A DNA stretch of 64,000 nucleotides from the sequence record NZ_LC532224.1; one strand, written 5' to 3'. Source of the stretch: a plasmid. The notes under the pieces are model-generated. The model was not told the DNA's origin, made no database searches, and saw nothing but the letters and a program-made list of their open reading frames with translations. Position numbers and translations under genes: made by a program. Below, piece after piece: positions 44,811 through 55,730 of this stretch (positions are counted from its first letter, which is position 1; every line of letters begins with the position of its first letter).

Positions 44811-46471
44811 CCAAAAGACTGACTTGGGAGCAGAAAAGTATTGTCAGCCATGACACCGGACATGCGTTGGTAAAAGCCGTACCTGGTAGCGGGAAAACAA
44901 CCACACTTGTAAAGCGCGTTGAGCGGCTGGTCAAGACGGGAACTGATCCTCGCTCCATTCTGATCCTGATGTACAACAAGTCGGCGCAGGTGAGCTTCAC
45001 GGAGAACTTGAAGACGGCACTGATGTCGAGCGTGATTCCAGAAATCCGCACGTTCCACAGCTTGGCCTTAAAGATTGTTGGTTACGGAGAACGCCAACAG
45101 ATAATCAAGAAGAAAGACCTCATTACTCCAAGCGACTACCGCTATGAGCAACTGGTAAAGCAAGCCTACCGCTATGGCTTTGACCATGAGGCGAATTATA
45201 TTGACCCCAATGAAATTGAAAACTTCGAGCTGTTTATTGCTCGCTGCCGGGCGGCGGCCGTAACTCCTGTTGATGCTGCCAATGATCCAACGTTCAGCAA
45301 CATCAAACGGGAGTTTATTCACGCCTATGGCCGCTATTGTGAGCTGCTGGAGGAAAACAGTCTGCGAACCTTTGATGACTGTTTGATTGAGGCTGTCGCA
45401 CTGTTGCGTAATGACAGCAGCCTTGGTGCCCACTTCAAGCACATCATTGTTGATGAATATCAGGACGTTAACCTGATACAGCATGACATGACCCGCTTGC
45501 TATCTAAGTCGGATACGTCGGTTATGGCTGTTGGTGATGTTAACCAGTGTATTTATGAGTGGCGTGGTGCTCGACCAGACTTTATCGGCGGACTGTTTGA
45601 AAGGCACTACCCGAATACGAAGGTGTTTCAACTGTCATGCACGTTCAGATTTGGCCATGAGCTTTCCTTGATGGCTAACTCGGTAATTCGGCGCAACTCT
45701 ACAAAGCTGACCAAGCTTTGTGTCAGTCATCCTAGCACCCCCAAAACAGAGGTCAGATTGCACTTTGATAACTGCCTATCCAAGGTGCTATCAAACCTCT
45801 CGGTGAGCAGTGGAACACAAGCCATATTGTCCCGCACTAAGGCGAACCTTGCTGAGGCGGAAATTGCTTTACGCCTGTGTGGGCTACCTTATCGCTACCT
45901 CAATGGTTCAAGCGCATTACACACCCGCACCGAAATCGGGATACTGGTAGTTGGCGTCTTGCTGTCTGTGTACGGCGATCTGCGGCTACTGGAAAACCAT
46001 CCCAACAAACAAGCGATTGTTTACGGCTTTCTGAAGGAGGCTGGTTTTAGATGGCAGAAAGGGCAATTCAAAGCGGCGCTCAGTGGATTGATGGCTCCGC
46101 ACGCCGACCTATGGTCTGCTCTAGGTCAGTTATTCGAGGGCGCACAATACCAAAAAGATCGGCTGGGCAGGCTCGCCACTATCTGCCAGAAAGACGGAGA
46201 GGAAACGCCTGCTATCGATGTGTTACGACGCCTGAGTATGGAGGGTTTCATTGATAGTGTTGGCTCTGAGGGTGTAACTCGCACTGGATCGAACGACCAG
46301 CAACGAGGGGTCGTGAGGATCGGGGAGCTACTTGACTCCAGTAAGATCGATTCCCGCACGTTTTTAAACCTTATCTTGAATCCAGGCGAGGCTGCTACTG
46401 ACTGCGATCCCTTCATCCTTTCCACACTGCATGGTTCCAAGGGGCTGGAGTGGGATAACGTAATACTGATC
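44807..46471 (+). pseudogene. UvrD/PcrA-like superfamily-1 helicase, N-terminal 555 codons (gene split by transposon)
   Basis: Walker A AVPGSGKTTTLVKR. Motif II IVDEYQD. The ORF reads through the Tn IR into IS5075. Confidence 0.8.
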
Positions 46472-46492
46472 GGGGTCGTCTCAGAAAACGGA

Positions 46493-47819
46493 ATCTATGG
46501 TCACTCCCGTTTTTGCAACACCGATTTTGACGACAAGTTGGCTTGCTTGAATCTATCCGGCGTCTGAATGGGATTTTATTCCCGCGCCTTGATGAGTTCC
46601 GCGCCTGATGAACCTCCAGAAAATATACGGCTTCAATGAGCCTTTCCGTTTTACAGGTTCCTCAACAGGCCGGTGGGCCGTTAGTATCATCAATATCAGT
46701 ATTCGCAAAACCAGATCAGTAATTCTTTAAACCGGTGTATTTCTGCCGTTATGCTACATAAGTTTGCTGTCGTGCCGTTAGGGCCCAGGCTATTCTGGCC
46801 AGCTTGTTTGCCAGAGCACAAGTGACGACAAAGTTGCTTTTCCGGCACAGTAAATCCCTGACCCAATCGGCCAATTTGCCAGACTGGTGTTCCAGTTTTT
46901 GTATGAATACCCTGGCACATTGAACCAACAAAGTTCGGATCTTTTTATTACCTCGCTTACTAATTCCCAGCAATGTCGTCCTACCTCCCGTGCTGTACTG
47001 CCGAGGTACAAGCCCTGTTGCCGCCGCAAAGTCACGGCTGCTGGCGTACTGCTTCCCGTCGCCAATCTCAGTTGAAATAGTACTCGCTGTCAGTGTTCCG
47101 ACGCAGGGAATGCTCAGCAAGCGCTGTCCAACCTCATCTTCGTCCAACTTTCGTTTCAACTGGGATTCCAAATCTTTAATCTGCTCAACAAGATAGTGAT
47201 AATGCTGTTGTAATTTCAGCAATAACTGGCTGAGGTAAAGAGGCAAACTATTATCCTCAAGAATGGTACTCAGTCGGCTAATAACGGCAGCTCCTCGGGG
47301 AACGCTAATGCCAAATTCCAGCAGAAAAGCATGCATTTGATTGGTTGTTTTTACCTTATCCTGAACCAGGGATTCACGGACACGATGCAGAGCCCGCATT
47401 GCCTGCTGAGATTCCGTTCTGGGCTGCACAAAACGCATAGACGGACGCGATGCAGCTTCACAAATAGCTTCGGCGTCGACAAAGTCGTTTTTATTGCTTT
47501 TAACGAACGGGCGGACAAATTGTGGTGATATCAGCTTTGGGGAATGCCCCAACTCTTCCAACTTGCGTGCCATAAAGTGAGAACCGCCACAGGCTTCCAT
47601 TGCGATGGTTGTAGCGGGGCATGTCGCCAAAAATTCGATCAACTTTGGCCGGGTAAATTTTTTACGGTAAACAGCCTTCCCGCGACGATCCTGGCAATGA
47701 ATATGGAAAGAGTTTTTACCCAGATCGATACCAATGAGCGCAATGTTTTCCATGATAGTTCTCCGAATGAAAGCCTGTCCTCAGCATAGTACCGGGAAGG
47801 AGGGAGTGACCATCTCATT
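46493..47819 (-). mobile_element. IS5075/IS4321-type IS (IS110/IS1111 family), 1327 bp, copy A, inserted in the transposon IR
   Basis: Identical to copy B in inverted orientation. IS110-family elements make no duplication. Confidence 0.85.
46749..47753 (-). CDS. IS110-family transposase (334 aa)
   Basis: MENIALIGIDLGKNSFHIHCQDRRGKAVY... is identical in both copies. Confidence 0.9.
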   Translation of the reverse strand: MENIALIGIDLGKNSFHIHCQDRRGKAVYRKKFTRPKLIEFLATCPATTIAMEACGGSHFMARKLEELGHSPKLISPQFVRPFVKSNKNDFVDAEAICEAASRPSMRFVQPRTESQQAMRALHRVRESLVQDKVKTTNQMHAFLLEFGISVPRGAAVISRLSTILEDNSLPLYLSQLLLKLQQHYHYLVEQIKDLESQLKRKLDEDEVGQRLLSIPCVGTLTASTISTEIGDGKQYASSRDFAAATGLVPRQYSTGGRTTLLGISKRGNKKIRTLLVQCARVFIQKLEHQSGKLADWVRDLLCRKSNFVVTCALANKLARIAWALTARQQTYVA

Positions 47820-47831
47820 AAATAAAGCACG

Positions 47832-48389
47832 CTAAGCGTGCGTGGAGGCTGGCACCCAGCGGTACAGCGTCGGAATGGACACGCCGAGGTTCTTGGCCAC
47901 GTCCTTGGGCGGCACCCCGCTGGCCAGCAGCTTCTTGGCCGACTCGATCTTGCTGTCGGTCATCTTCGGCTTGCGGCCGCCTTTGCGGCCGAGCTGCTTG
48001 GCGACTTCCAGCCCGGCGCGGGTGCGCTCGACGGTCAGCTCGCGCTCCATTTCGGCAAGGCTCGCCATGACGTGGAAGAAGAACCGCCCGGATGGTGTGC
48101 CGGTGTCGATGGAGTCGGTGAGGCTCCTGAACTGGACACCGTGCTTGTGCAGATCGCCGACCAGATCGACCAGTTGCTTGACCGACCGGCCCAGCCGGTC
48201 GAGCTTCCAGACGACCAAAGTATCGCCTTCGCGCAGCATTTCGAGCGTCTTGGCCAAGCCAGGCCGGTCTGCCCGCGTGCCACTCACCTTGTCCTCGAAG
48301 ACCTTTTTACATCCGGCCTTGCTCAAGGCTTCGCGTTGCAGCTCCAGGTTCTGATCCTGCGTCGAGACGCGCGCATAGCCAATCAACAT
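47832..48389 (-). CDS. tnpR: Serine recombinase / resolvase TnpR
   Basis: GYARVSTQDQNLELQ catalytic Ser motif and C-terminal HTH. The gene ends at the IR. Confidence 0.85.
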   Translation of the reverse strand: MLIGYARVSTQDQNLELQREALSKAGCKKVFEDKVSGTRADRPGLAKTLEMLREGDTLVVWKLDRLGRSVKQLVDLVGDLHKHGVQFRSLTDSIDTGTPSGRFFFHVMASLAEMERELTVERTRAGLEVAKQLGRKGGRKPKMTDSKIESAKKLLASGVPPKDVAKNLGVSIPTLYRWVPASTHA

Positions 48390-48754
48390 GGCTTGTCTCG
48401 CGCCCGGTCGATGCGTTCCTGCATCGCCTGCATCACTTCTTCGTGGGTGTACGATCTGGCGTTGGCGTCGGTGGCTTGCCGCAGGGCTTCCTCAACCTCG
48501 CGCGTCATCCGCTCGTAATCCTCCGGCCACAGCGCTTGCTCCATGCGCAGCGACGCCTGACTCAGCAGGTGCAGCAGGCTGAACAGCCGCATGTCGTTGG
48601 TGGCGACGATGCGCTCCCGAATCTGCTCCTGAATAGCTTCGCTAGCCCGATGCGCTTGTGGTGTGGCAGTCCCCTCGTAGTCAGCGGGGAATTCCGCTTC
48701 CTCGGCAATCCTTGCCCAGGCGCTGGCCAGCGCCTCGATGGTTGACGTGCTCAT
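48383..48754 (-). CDS. Hypothetical 123-aa protein upstream of tnpR
   Basis: Start MSTSTIEAL immediately after the upstream stop. Confidence 0.4.
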   Translation of the reverse strand: MSTSTIEALASAWARIAEEAEFPADYEGTATPQAHRASEAIQEQIRERIVATNDMRLFSLLHLLSQASLRMEQALWPEDYERMTREVEEALRQATDANARSYTHEEVMQAMQERIDRARDKPC

Positions 48755-49263
48755 TTCCGCCGCTCCTGTGCTCTTTGGCGAATCAACCGGCCAAGGGGCC
48801 TCGACGCGAAAACCAGCAGCATCACGCCTATCGGATACCAGGTCGAGAAGACCACCAAGGCATCGAAGGCTGGCCGTCCGGTGTTGGTAGGCAGTACGGC
48901 GGTCACAGCCATCAACCCGCCGACCGTCCAGATGATGCGCCACACGTAGGGCATCACGCGGGGCACGTAGCCGTCATCGAAAGCGGTCTGGTAGTAGCGG
49001 CGCAGGCCGCGCTCGGCAAGCGCCTGGCGCTGCCGCTCCGACAGCGCATCCGTCCGGCCATACCAGCGCCGGAATGGTGGACAGCGCAGCAGCAAAGGGG
49101 TGAAGAGGATCATCACCGCCACGATCGCGACACCCCACGCCATGACGGCGCCGGCATCGGGCCGCTTGGCGTTCTCGATCACGGGCGCGAAGACGCCCGG
49201 AGCACCGATCATCCAGAACAGCGCAATGTGCTGATGGAAGGAGAGCTTCATTTGCTCATCCAC
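48751..49263 (-). CDS. Membrane protein (170 aa)
   Basis: Three or four TM helices. Confidence 0.45.
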   Translation of the reverse strand: MDEQMKLSFHQHIALFWMIGAPGVFAPVIENAKRPDAGAVMAWGVAIVAVMILFTPLLLRCPPFRRWYGRTDALSERQRQALAERGLRRYYQTAFDDGYVPRVMPYVWRIIWTVGGLMAVTAVLPTNTGRPAFDALVVFSTWYPIGVMLLVFASRPLGRLIRQRAQERRK

Positions 49264-49574
49264 TTGCGCAGCAGGCGCTTTTTCAGGGAGGCGCGTTCTT
49301 GCGGGTTGCGTCCCTTGTGATTGGCGATGCGATCCGCCGTGGCGGCCTGGCGCTTGACGGGCCAGTAGGAGCGGCCATCCTTGCCCATCGACCAGACGCT
49401 GCTGGCCTGGTTTTCCAGCAGGGGCAGATGGGCGCTCAGGGCTTCGGGCGACGCGCTGGTCAGCGCCGTGCGCTCACGGGTGCGCCAGCGCTGATGCCAG
49501 AGCTTCTTGTTCTCGCGCTCGCTGCCGCAGGTCGTGTGCCCGACGATGGGTGTTTTGCGGCGGCTGCGGCTCAT
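49248..49574 (-). CDS. Small basic protein (108 aa)
   Basis: Arg/Lys-rich. Confidence 0.35.
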   Translation of the reverse strand: MSRSRRKTPIVGHTTCGSERENKKLWHQRWRTRERTALTSASPEALSAHLPLLENQASSVWSMGKDGRSYWPVKRQAATADRIANHKGRNPQERASLKKRLLRKWMSK

Positions 49575-49828
49575 AACGTAGTGGTCTCCAAGAACATTCA
49601 GGACTGATCCCAGGCGTCGATGGTCAAGACCTGATCGGCAGGACAGGCGGCTACGCGGTCGGGAACTGGATGGTGTTCAGTCTCATGCCGACCCCATTCG
49701 ATTGATCGCGTCGCTTGCGGCACGCTGCGACGCAAGGAGGTTTGCGACCTGGTTTAGCAGCCGTGTCCGCTGCATGTCTGTTACCTATCTCCCCGACCGC
49801 TCATTGGACCAACTCCAGAGATTGGGCT

Positions 49829-50185
49829 CTATCGCTCAGCCAATACGAAACCGGCATTGGCTGATGCCACAACCGAGACTAACACAAATGGCTCGGTACC
49901 TGTATTTCGCGCCCCGTGCACTTGGCCCGGTCTTGCCACGGCTATCTCACCTTCCCTGAGGGCACGAACAATCCCATTGCCCTGAAAGTAATCAGCCATT
50001 CCCGACAAAACAGTCCACGTGTCTTGGCCGTGAGGATGAATGTGAGCCGCAATTTCCTGCCCGGGATGGACATGCCAAACCACGATAATTGAGTCTCGGG
50101 TTTCAAGCACAACGGAACGAATAGGCTCGCCTTCGGACGGCTGAACATACTCGGCTACAGAAAATATTCTCGATTCAACAGTCAT
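49829..50185 (-). CDS. Cupin-domain protein
   Basis: WHVHPGQEIAAHIHPHGQD...GQVHGARN two-His cupin motifs. Confidence 0.6.
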   Translation of the reverse strand: MTVESRIFSVAEYVQPSEGEPIRSVVLETRDSIIVVWHVHPGQEIAAHIHPHGQDTWTVLSGMADYFQGNGIVRALREGEIAVARPGQVHGARNTGTEPFVLVSVVASANAGFVLAER

Positions 50186-50576
50186 CGGAGATCCCTCTTT
50201 CACAGTTGTCGTTACGGTCTTCATCGTCGGCATCCTGACGCACGGCGGGCAATTGCTGGAGCAACGCCGGCAGCCATTCCTGTACCGTCTCCCACACCAC
50301 ATCGAGGTTGATGTCGAAATAGCCGTGAGCCATGCGATTACGCATATTGCGCATGCTGCGCCACGGCACGTCGGCATGCGCCTGGGTGAACTCGACGTAG
50401 CCATCCATCACCTTTGTGGCCGCCTCGCCGATGACGATCAGGCTCATGATGACGGCCTGCTGGGTGCGCTTGTCGGCCAAGAAGTCGTCCTTGGCCATCC
50501 CTTCCACGAAGCTGCGCGCATCGGTTGCGGCCTGCTGAATGTGGTCGAGGTAATCGGGCAGGCGGTTCTCGCTCAT
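50175..50576 (-). CDS. hepT: HepT-like (DUF86/HEPN) toxin
   Basis: R(N)xxxH motif RNRMAHGY near the C-terminus. Overlaps the mntA stop by 4 nt. Confidence 0.7.
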   Translation of the reverse strand: MSENRLPDYLDHIQQAATDARSFVEGMAKDDFLADKRTQQAVIMSLIVIGEAATKVMDGYVEFTQAHADVPWRSMRNMRNRMAHGYFDINLDVVWETVQEWLPALLQQLPAVRQDADDEDRNDNCERGISDDC

Positions 50577-50869
50577 ATCGGTTGCGCCTCCGCGAGCACC
50601 TTGGCCCGGAACTTCGGCGGCAGGTCGCCGGGAGTCAGCAGATCGACGTCAACGCCGAGCAGCGATTTCAGTTCTTCTTCCAAATCGCCCAAGTCCAACA
50701 ACGTGGCACCGGGCAGCGCATCGACCAACAGGTCGAGGTCGCTGCCATCCCGGTCGGTGCCATGCAGCACCGAGCCGAAGACGCGCGGGTTCGCGGCGCG
50801 AAAGCGGCCTACCGCTTCACGCACTGCGCTTCGCTTCATGTCAAGCACAACAGACGGTCGCATGCGCAT
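50573..50869 (-). CDS. mntA: MntA-like minimal nucleotidyltransferase antitoxin
   Basis: GSVLHGTDRDGSDLDLLV nucleotidyltransferase signature (GS...D.D). Confidence 0.7.
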   Translation of the reverse strand: MRMRPSVVLDMKRSAVREAVGRFRAANPRVFGSVLHGTDRDGSDLDLLVDALPGATLLDLGDLEEELKSLLGVDVDLLTPGDLPPKFRAKVLAEAQPI

Positions 50870-51021
50870 CCTTTCTTATCGAAACTCGTTGAGATGATAT
50901 GCAATCAAGAATAGAATTTCAAGAACTATTTTCGAGAATCGCAATGCCTTGATTCCCGTGCCGCGCCGGTTGCCTTGGCGGGCTTGTCACAAACCTACGT
51001 TTTCAAGAAGAAGGAAACCGC

Positions 51022-53988
51022 ATGCCCCGCCGTTCGATCCTCTCCGCCGCCGAGCGCGAAAGCCTGCTGGCGTTGCCGGACACCAAGGATGAGTTGATCC
51101 GTCACTACACGTTCAGCGAAAGCGACCTCTCCATCATCCGGCAGCGGCGCGGCCCGGCCAATCGGCTGGGCTTCGCGGTGCAGCTCTGCTACCTGCGCTT
51201 TCCCGGCGTCATCCTTGGCGCTGATGAGCCACCGTTCCCGCCATTGCTGAGACTGGTCGCCAACCAGCTCAAGGTCGGCATCGAAAGCTGGGACGAGTAC
51301 GGGCAGCGTGAGCAGACCCGACGCGAGCACCTGGTCGAGCTGCAAACGGTGTTCGGCTTCCAGCCGTTCACGATTGGCCACTACCGGCAGGCTGTCCAGT
51401 TGCTGACCGAGCTGGCCATGCAAACCGACAAGGGCATCGTGCTGGCCAGAGCCTTGATCGAGCACCTGCGGCGGCAGTCGGTCATTGTGCCCGCCCTCAA
51501 CGCCGTCGAGCGGGCGAGCGCCGAAGCGATTACCCGCGCCAACCGGCGTCTCTACGACGCCTTGGCTGAGCCGCTGACGGACGTGCATCGCCGTCGCCTC
51601 GACGATCTGCTCAAGCGCCGCGACAACGGCAAGACGACGTGGCTGGCCTGGCTGCGGCAATCCCCGGTCAAACCGAACTCGCGGCACATGCTGGAACACA
51701 TCGAACGCCTCAAGGCGTGGCAGGCGCTCGACCTGCCCTCCGGCATCGAGCGGCTGGTTCACCAGAACCGGCTGCTCAAGATCGCCCGCGAGGGCGGCCA
51801 GATGACGCCCGCCGACCTGGCGAAGTTCGAGCCGCAGCGGCGTTACGCGACCCTGGTGGCGCTCGCCATCGAGGGCATGGCCACCGTCACCGACGAAATC
51901 ATCGACCTGCATGACCGCATCCTGGGCAAGCTGTTCAATGCCGCCAAGAACAAGCATCAGCAGCAGTTCCAGGCATCCGGCAAGGCGATCAATGCCAAGG
52001 TGCGGCTGTTCGGGCGCATCGGCCAGGCGCTGATCGAGGCCAAGCAAGCGGGCCGCGATCCGTTCGCCGCCATCGAGGCCGTCATGTCCTGGGATGCTTT
52101 CGCCGAGAGCGTCACCGAAGCGCAGCGGCTCGCGCAACCCGAGGACTTCGATTTCCTGCACCGCATCGGCGAGAGCTACGCCACGCTGCGCCGCTACGCG
52201 CCGGAATTTCTCGACGTGCTCAAGTTGCGGGCCGCGCCCGCCGCCAAGGACGTACTCGACGCCATCGAGGTGCTGCGCAGCATGAACAGCGACAACGCCC
52301 GCAAGGTGCCCACCGACGCGCCGACCGAGTTCATCAAGCCGCGCTGGCAGAAGCTGGTGATGACCGACACCGGCATCGACCGGCGCTACTACGAACTGTG
52401 CGCGCTGTCGGAGCTGAAGAACGCGCTGCGCTCCGGCGACATCTGGGTGCAAGGCTCGCGCCAGTTCAAGGACTTCGAGGACTACCTGGTGCCGCCCGCG
52501 AAATTCGCCAGCCTCAAGCAGGCCAGCGAATTGCCGCTGGCCGTGGCCACCGATTGCGACCAGTACCTGCATGACCGGCTGACGCTGCTGGAAACGCAGC
52601 TCGCCACCGTCAACCGCATGGCGCTGGCCAACGAGCTGCCGGACGCCATCATCACGGAGTCGGGCCTGAAGATCACGCCGCTCGATGCGGCGGTGCCCGA
52701 TACCGCACAGGCCCTGATCGACCAGACGGCGATGATCCTACCGCACGTCAAGATCACCGAATTGCTGCTGGAGGTAGACGAATGGACGGGCTTCACCCGG
52801 CACTTCGCCCACCTGAAGTCAGGCGACCTGGCCAAGGACAAAAACCTGTTGCTGACCACGATCCTCGCCGACGCGATCAACCTGGGCCTGACCAAGATGG
52901 CGGAATCGTGCCCCGGCACGACCTACGCCAAGCTGGCCTGGCTGCAAGCCTGGCACATCCGCGACGAAACCTACGGGGCGGCACTGGCCGAGCTGGTCAA
53001 CGCGCAGTTCCGACATCCCTTCGCCGGGCATTGGGGCGACGGCACCACGTCATCGTCGGACGGCCAGAACTTCCGCACCGGCAGCAAGGCCGAGAGCACC
53101 GGCCACATCAATCCGAAATACGGCAGCAGCCCAGGGCGGACGTTCTACACCCATATCTCCGACCAGTACGCGCCGTTCCACACCAAGGTCGTGAACGTCG
53201 GCGTGCGCGACTCGACCTACGTGCTCGACGGCCTGCTGTATCACGAATCCGACCTGCGGATCGAGGAGCACTACACCGACACGGCAGGGTTCACGGACCA
53301 CGTCTTCGCGTTGATGCACCTGCTGGGCTTCCGCTTCGCCCCGCGCATTCGTGACCTGGGCGACACCAAGCTCTACATCCCGAAGGGCGATGCCACCTAC
53401 GAGGCGTTGAAACCGATGATCGGCGGCACGCTCAACATCAAGCACGTCCGCGCCCATTGGGATGAAATCCTGCGGATGGCCACCTCGATCAAGCAGGGCA
53501 CGGCGACGGCCTCGCTGATGCTCAGGAAGCTTGGCAGCTACCCGCGCCAGAACGGCCTGGCCGTCGCCCTGCGTGAGCTGGGACGCATCGAGCGCACACT
53601 GTTCATCCTGGACTGGCTGCAAAGCGTCGAGCTGCGCCGCCGCGTGCATGCCGGGCTGAACAAAGGCGAGGCGCGCAACGCGCTGGCCCGCGCCGTGTTC
53701 TTCAACCGCCTGGGGGAAATCCGCGACCGCAGCTTCGAGCAGCAGCGCTACCGGGCCAGCGGCCTCAACCTGGTGACGGCGGCCATCGTGCTATGGAACA
53801 CGGTCTATCTGGAGCGGGCCGCGAACGCCTTGCGTGGCCACGGTCAAGCCGTCGATGACGGCCTGTTGCAGTACCTGTCGCCGCTCGGCTGGGAGCACAT
53901 CAACCTGACCGGCGATTACCTCTGGCGCAGCAGCGCCAAGATCGGCGCGGGCAAGTTCAGGCCGCTACGGCCGCTGCAACCGGCTTAG
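51022..53988 (+). CDS. tnpA: Tn21-subgroup Tn3-family transposase TnpA (988 aa)
   Basis: [31 protein letters not shown]... is near-collinear with Tn21/Tn501 TnpA as I recall it. The gene ends at the IR. Confidence 0.95.
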   Translation: MPRRSILSAAERESLLALPDTKDELIRHYTFSESDLSIIRQRRGPANRLGFAVQLCYLRFPGVILGADEPPFPPLLRLVANQLKVGIESWDEYGQREQTRREHLVELQTVFGFQPFTIGHYRQAVQLLTELAMQTDKGIVLARALIEHLRRQSVIVPALNAVERASAEAITRANRRLYDALAEPLTDVHRRRLDDLLKRRDNGKTTWLAWLRQSPVKPNSRHMLEHIERLKAWQALDLPSGIERLVHQNRLLKIAREGGQMTPADLAKFEPQRRYATLVALAIEGMATVTDEIIDLHDRILGKLFNAAKNKHQQQFQASGKAINAKVRLFGRIGQALIEAKQAGRDPFAAIEAVMSWDAFAESVTEAQRLAQPEDFDFLHRIGESYATLRRYAPEFLDVLKLRAAPAAKDVLDAIEVLRSMNSDNARKVPTDAPTEFIKPRWQKLVMTDTGIDRRYYELCALSELKNALRSGDIWVQGSRQFKDFEDYLVPPAKFASLKQASELPLAVATDCDQYLHDRLTLLETQLATVNRMALANELPDAIITESGLKITPLDAAVPDTAQALIDQTAMILPHVKITELLLEVDEWTGFTRHFAHLKSGDLAKDKNLLLTTILADAINLGLTKMAESCPGTTYAKLAWLQAWHIRDETYGAALAELVNAQFRHPFAGHWGDGTTSSSDGQNFRTGSKAESTGHINPKYGSSPGRTFYTHISDQYAPFHTKVVNVGVRDSTYVLDGLLYHESDLRIEEHYTDTAGFTDHVFALMHLLGFRFAPRIRDLGDTKLYIPKGDATYEALKPMIGGTLNIKHVRAHWDEILRMATSIKQGTATASLMLRKLGSYPRQNGLAVALRELGRIERTLFILDWLQSVELRRRVHAGLNKGEARNALARAVFFNRLGEIRDRSFEQQRYRASGLNLVTAAIVLWNTVYLERAANALRGHGQAVDDGLLQYLSPLGWEHINLTGDYLWRSSAKIGAGKFRPLRPLQPA

Positions 53989-54001
53989 CGTGCTTTATTT
54001 A

Positions 54002-55328
54002 ATGAGATGGTCACTCCCTCCTTCCCGGTACTATGCTGAGGACAGGCTTTCATTCGGAGAACTATCATGGAAAACATTGCGCTCATTGGTATCGATCTGG
54101 GTAAAAACTCTTTCCATATTCATTGCCAGGATCGTCGCGGGAAGGCTGTTTACCGTAAAAAATTTACCCGGCCAAAGTTGATCGAATTTTTGGCGACATG
54201 CCCCGCTACAACCATCGCAATGGAAGCCTGTGGCGGTTCTCACTTTATGGCACGCAAGTTGGAAGAGTTGGGGCATTCCCCAAAGCTGATATCACCACAA
54301 TTTGTCCGCCCGTTCGTTAAAAGCAATAAAAACGACTTTGTCGACGCCGAAGCTATTTGTGAAGCTGCATCGCGTCCGTCTATGCGTTTTGTGCAGCCCA
54401 GAACGGAATCTCAGCAGGCAATGCGGGCTCTGCATCGTGTCCGTGAATCCCTGGTTCAGGATAAGGTAAAAACAACCAATCAAATGCATGCTTTTCTGCT
54501 GGAATTTGGCATTAGCGTTCCCCGAGGAGCTGCCGTTATTAGCCGACTGAGTACCATTCTTGAGGATAATAGTTTGCCTCTTTACCTCAGCCAGTTATTG
54601 CTGAAATTACAACAGCATTATCACTATCTTGTTGAGCAGATTAAAGATTTGGAATCCCAGTTGAAACGAAAGTTGGACGAAGATGAGGTTGGACAGCGCT
54701 TGCTGAGCATTCCCTGCGTCGGAACACTGACAGCGAGTACTATTTCAACTGAGATTGGCGACGGGAAGCAGTACGCCAGCAGCCGTGACTTTGCGGCGGC
54801 AACAGGGCTTGTACCTCGGCAGTACAGCACGGGAGGTAGGACGACATTGCTGGGAATTAGTAAGCGAGGTAATAAAAAGATCCGAACTTTGTTGGTTCAA
54901 TGTGCCAGGGTATTCATACAAAAACTGGAACACCAGTCTGGCAAATTGGCCGATTGGGTCAGGGATTTACTGTGCCGGAAAAGCAACTTTGTCGTCACTT
55001 GTGCTCTGGCAAACAAGCTGGCCAGAATAGCCTGGGCCCTAACGGCACGACAGCAAACTTATGTAGCATAACGGCAGAAATACACCGGTTTAAAGAATTA
55101 CTGATCTGGTTTTGCGAATACTGATATTGATGATACTAACGGCCCACCGGCCTGTTGAGGAACCTGTAAAACGGAAAGGCTCATTGAAGCCGTATATTTT
55201 CTGGAGGTTCATCAGGCGCGGAACTCATCAAGGCGCGGGAATAAAATCCCATTCAGACGCCGGATAGATTCAAGCAAGCCAACTTGTCGTCAAAATCGGT
55301 GTTGCAAAAACGGGAGTGACCATAGATT
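54002..55328 (+). mobile_element. IS5075/IS4321-type IS, copy B, inserted in the other transposon IR at the same IR position
   Basis: Junction CTTAGCGTGCTTTATTT|AATGAGATGG ... CCATAGAT|TCCGTTTTCTGAGACGACCCC. Confidence 0.85.
54067..55071 (+). CDS. IS110-family transposase (334 aa)
   Basis: Identical to the copy at 46749-47753. Confidence 0.9.
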   Translation: MENIALIGIDLGKNSFHIHCQDRRGKAVYRKKFTRPKLIEFLATCPATTIAMEACGGSHFMARKLEELGHSPKLISPQFVRPFVKSNKNDFVDAEAICEAASRPSMRFVQPRTESQQAMRALHRVRESLVQDKVKTTNQMHAFLLEFGISVPRGAAVISRLSTILEDNSLPLYLSQLLLKLQQHYHYLVEQIKDLESQLKRKLDEDEVGQRLLSIPCVGTLTASTISTEIGDGKQYASSRDFAAATGLVPRQYSTGGRTTLLGISKRGNKKIRTLLVQCARVFIQKLEHQSGKLADWVRDLLCRKSNFVVTCALANKLARIAWALTARQQTYVA

Positions 55329-55348
55329 CCGTTTTCTGAGACGACCCC

Positions 55349-55728
55349 TGATCGGGCTGAATGAGCAGGAATTTCCTGGCGGCAAACCCGATGATGTTTA
55401 CAGCGTTCGCACATCGATGAACACCCCTCCGGCCGAAGAGGAAATCGAGGAGGAACGTCGGCTGTTTTATGTCGGTATCACTCGCACAAAACAGCAGCTA
55501 AATCTGGTGGTCCCTCTTGATGAAGGGCTTGCGCGGTGGCTCAAAAACCGCTGGGATAGCACCCCGAAGAAGTCACCGATAGCTACTCGCTTCGTCTATG
55601 AGGCTGGCTGGACTGCTTGTGCGGTTACCAGTGATGCGATCTATAACAGCACGGTAGAGAAACAGAAGGCTGACTTCAGCAAGTTTCACCAATGGTATCT
55701 AAGAGATCTTCAGCGGCTAAAAGTCTAG
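55349..55728 (+). pseudogene. UvrD-like helicase C-terminal fragment (distal to the transposon)
   Basis: Reads in frame from the TGATC duplication (IGLNEQEFPGGKPDDVYSV...) and contains helicase motif VI RLFYVGITRTKQQL. Confidence 0.8.
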
Positions 55729-55730
55729 GG

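Larger units (their letters stand above)
46472..55348. mobile_element. Composite element: cryptic Tn21-subgroup Tn3-family transposon with IS5075/IS4321-type IS in both 38-bp IRs, 5-bp duplication TGATC
   Basis: IR halves GGGGTCGTCTCAGAAAACGGA and AAATAAAGCACGCTAAG split by the IS at both ends. TGATC at 46467-46471 and 55349-55353. Confidence 0.85.

Noticed and set aside
50995-52572. 525-aa antisense ORF, plus many 60-200-aa ORFs, inside the GC-rich Tn21-type tnpA, tnpR and cargo region
   Set aside because: These are typical stop-codon-poor antisense frames in GC-rich DNA. They lie fully inside well-supported genes on the opposite strand.
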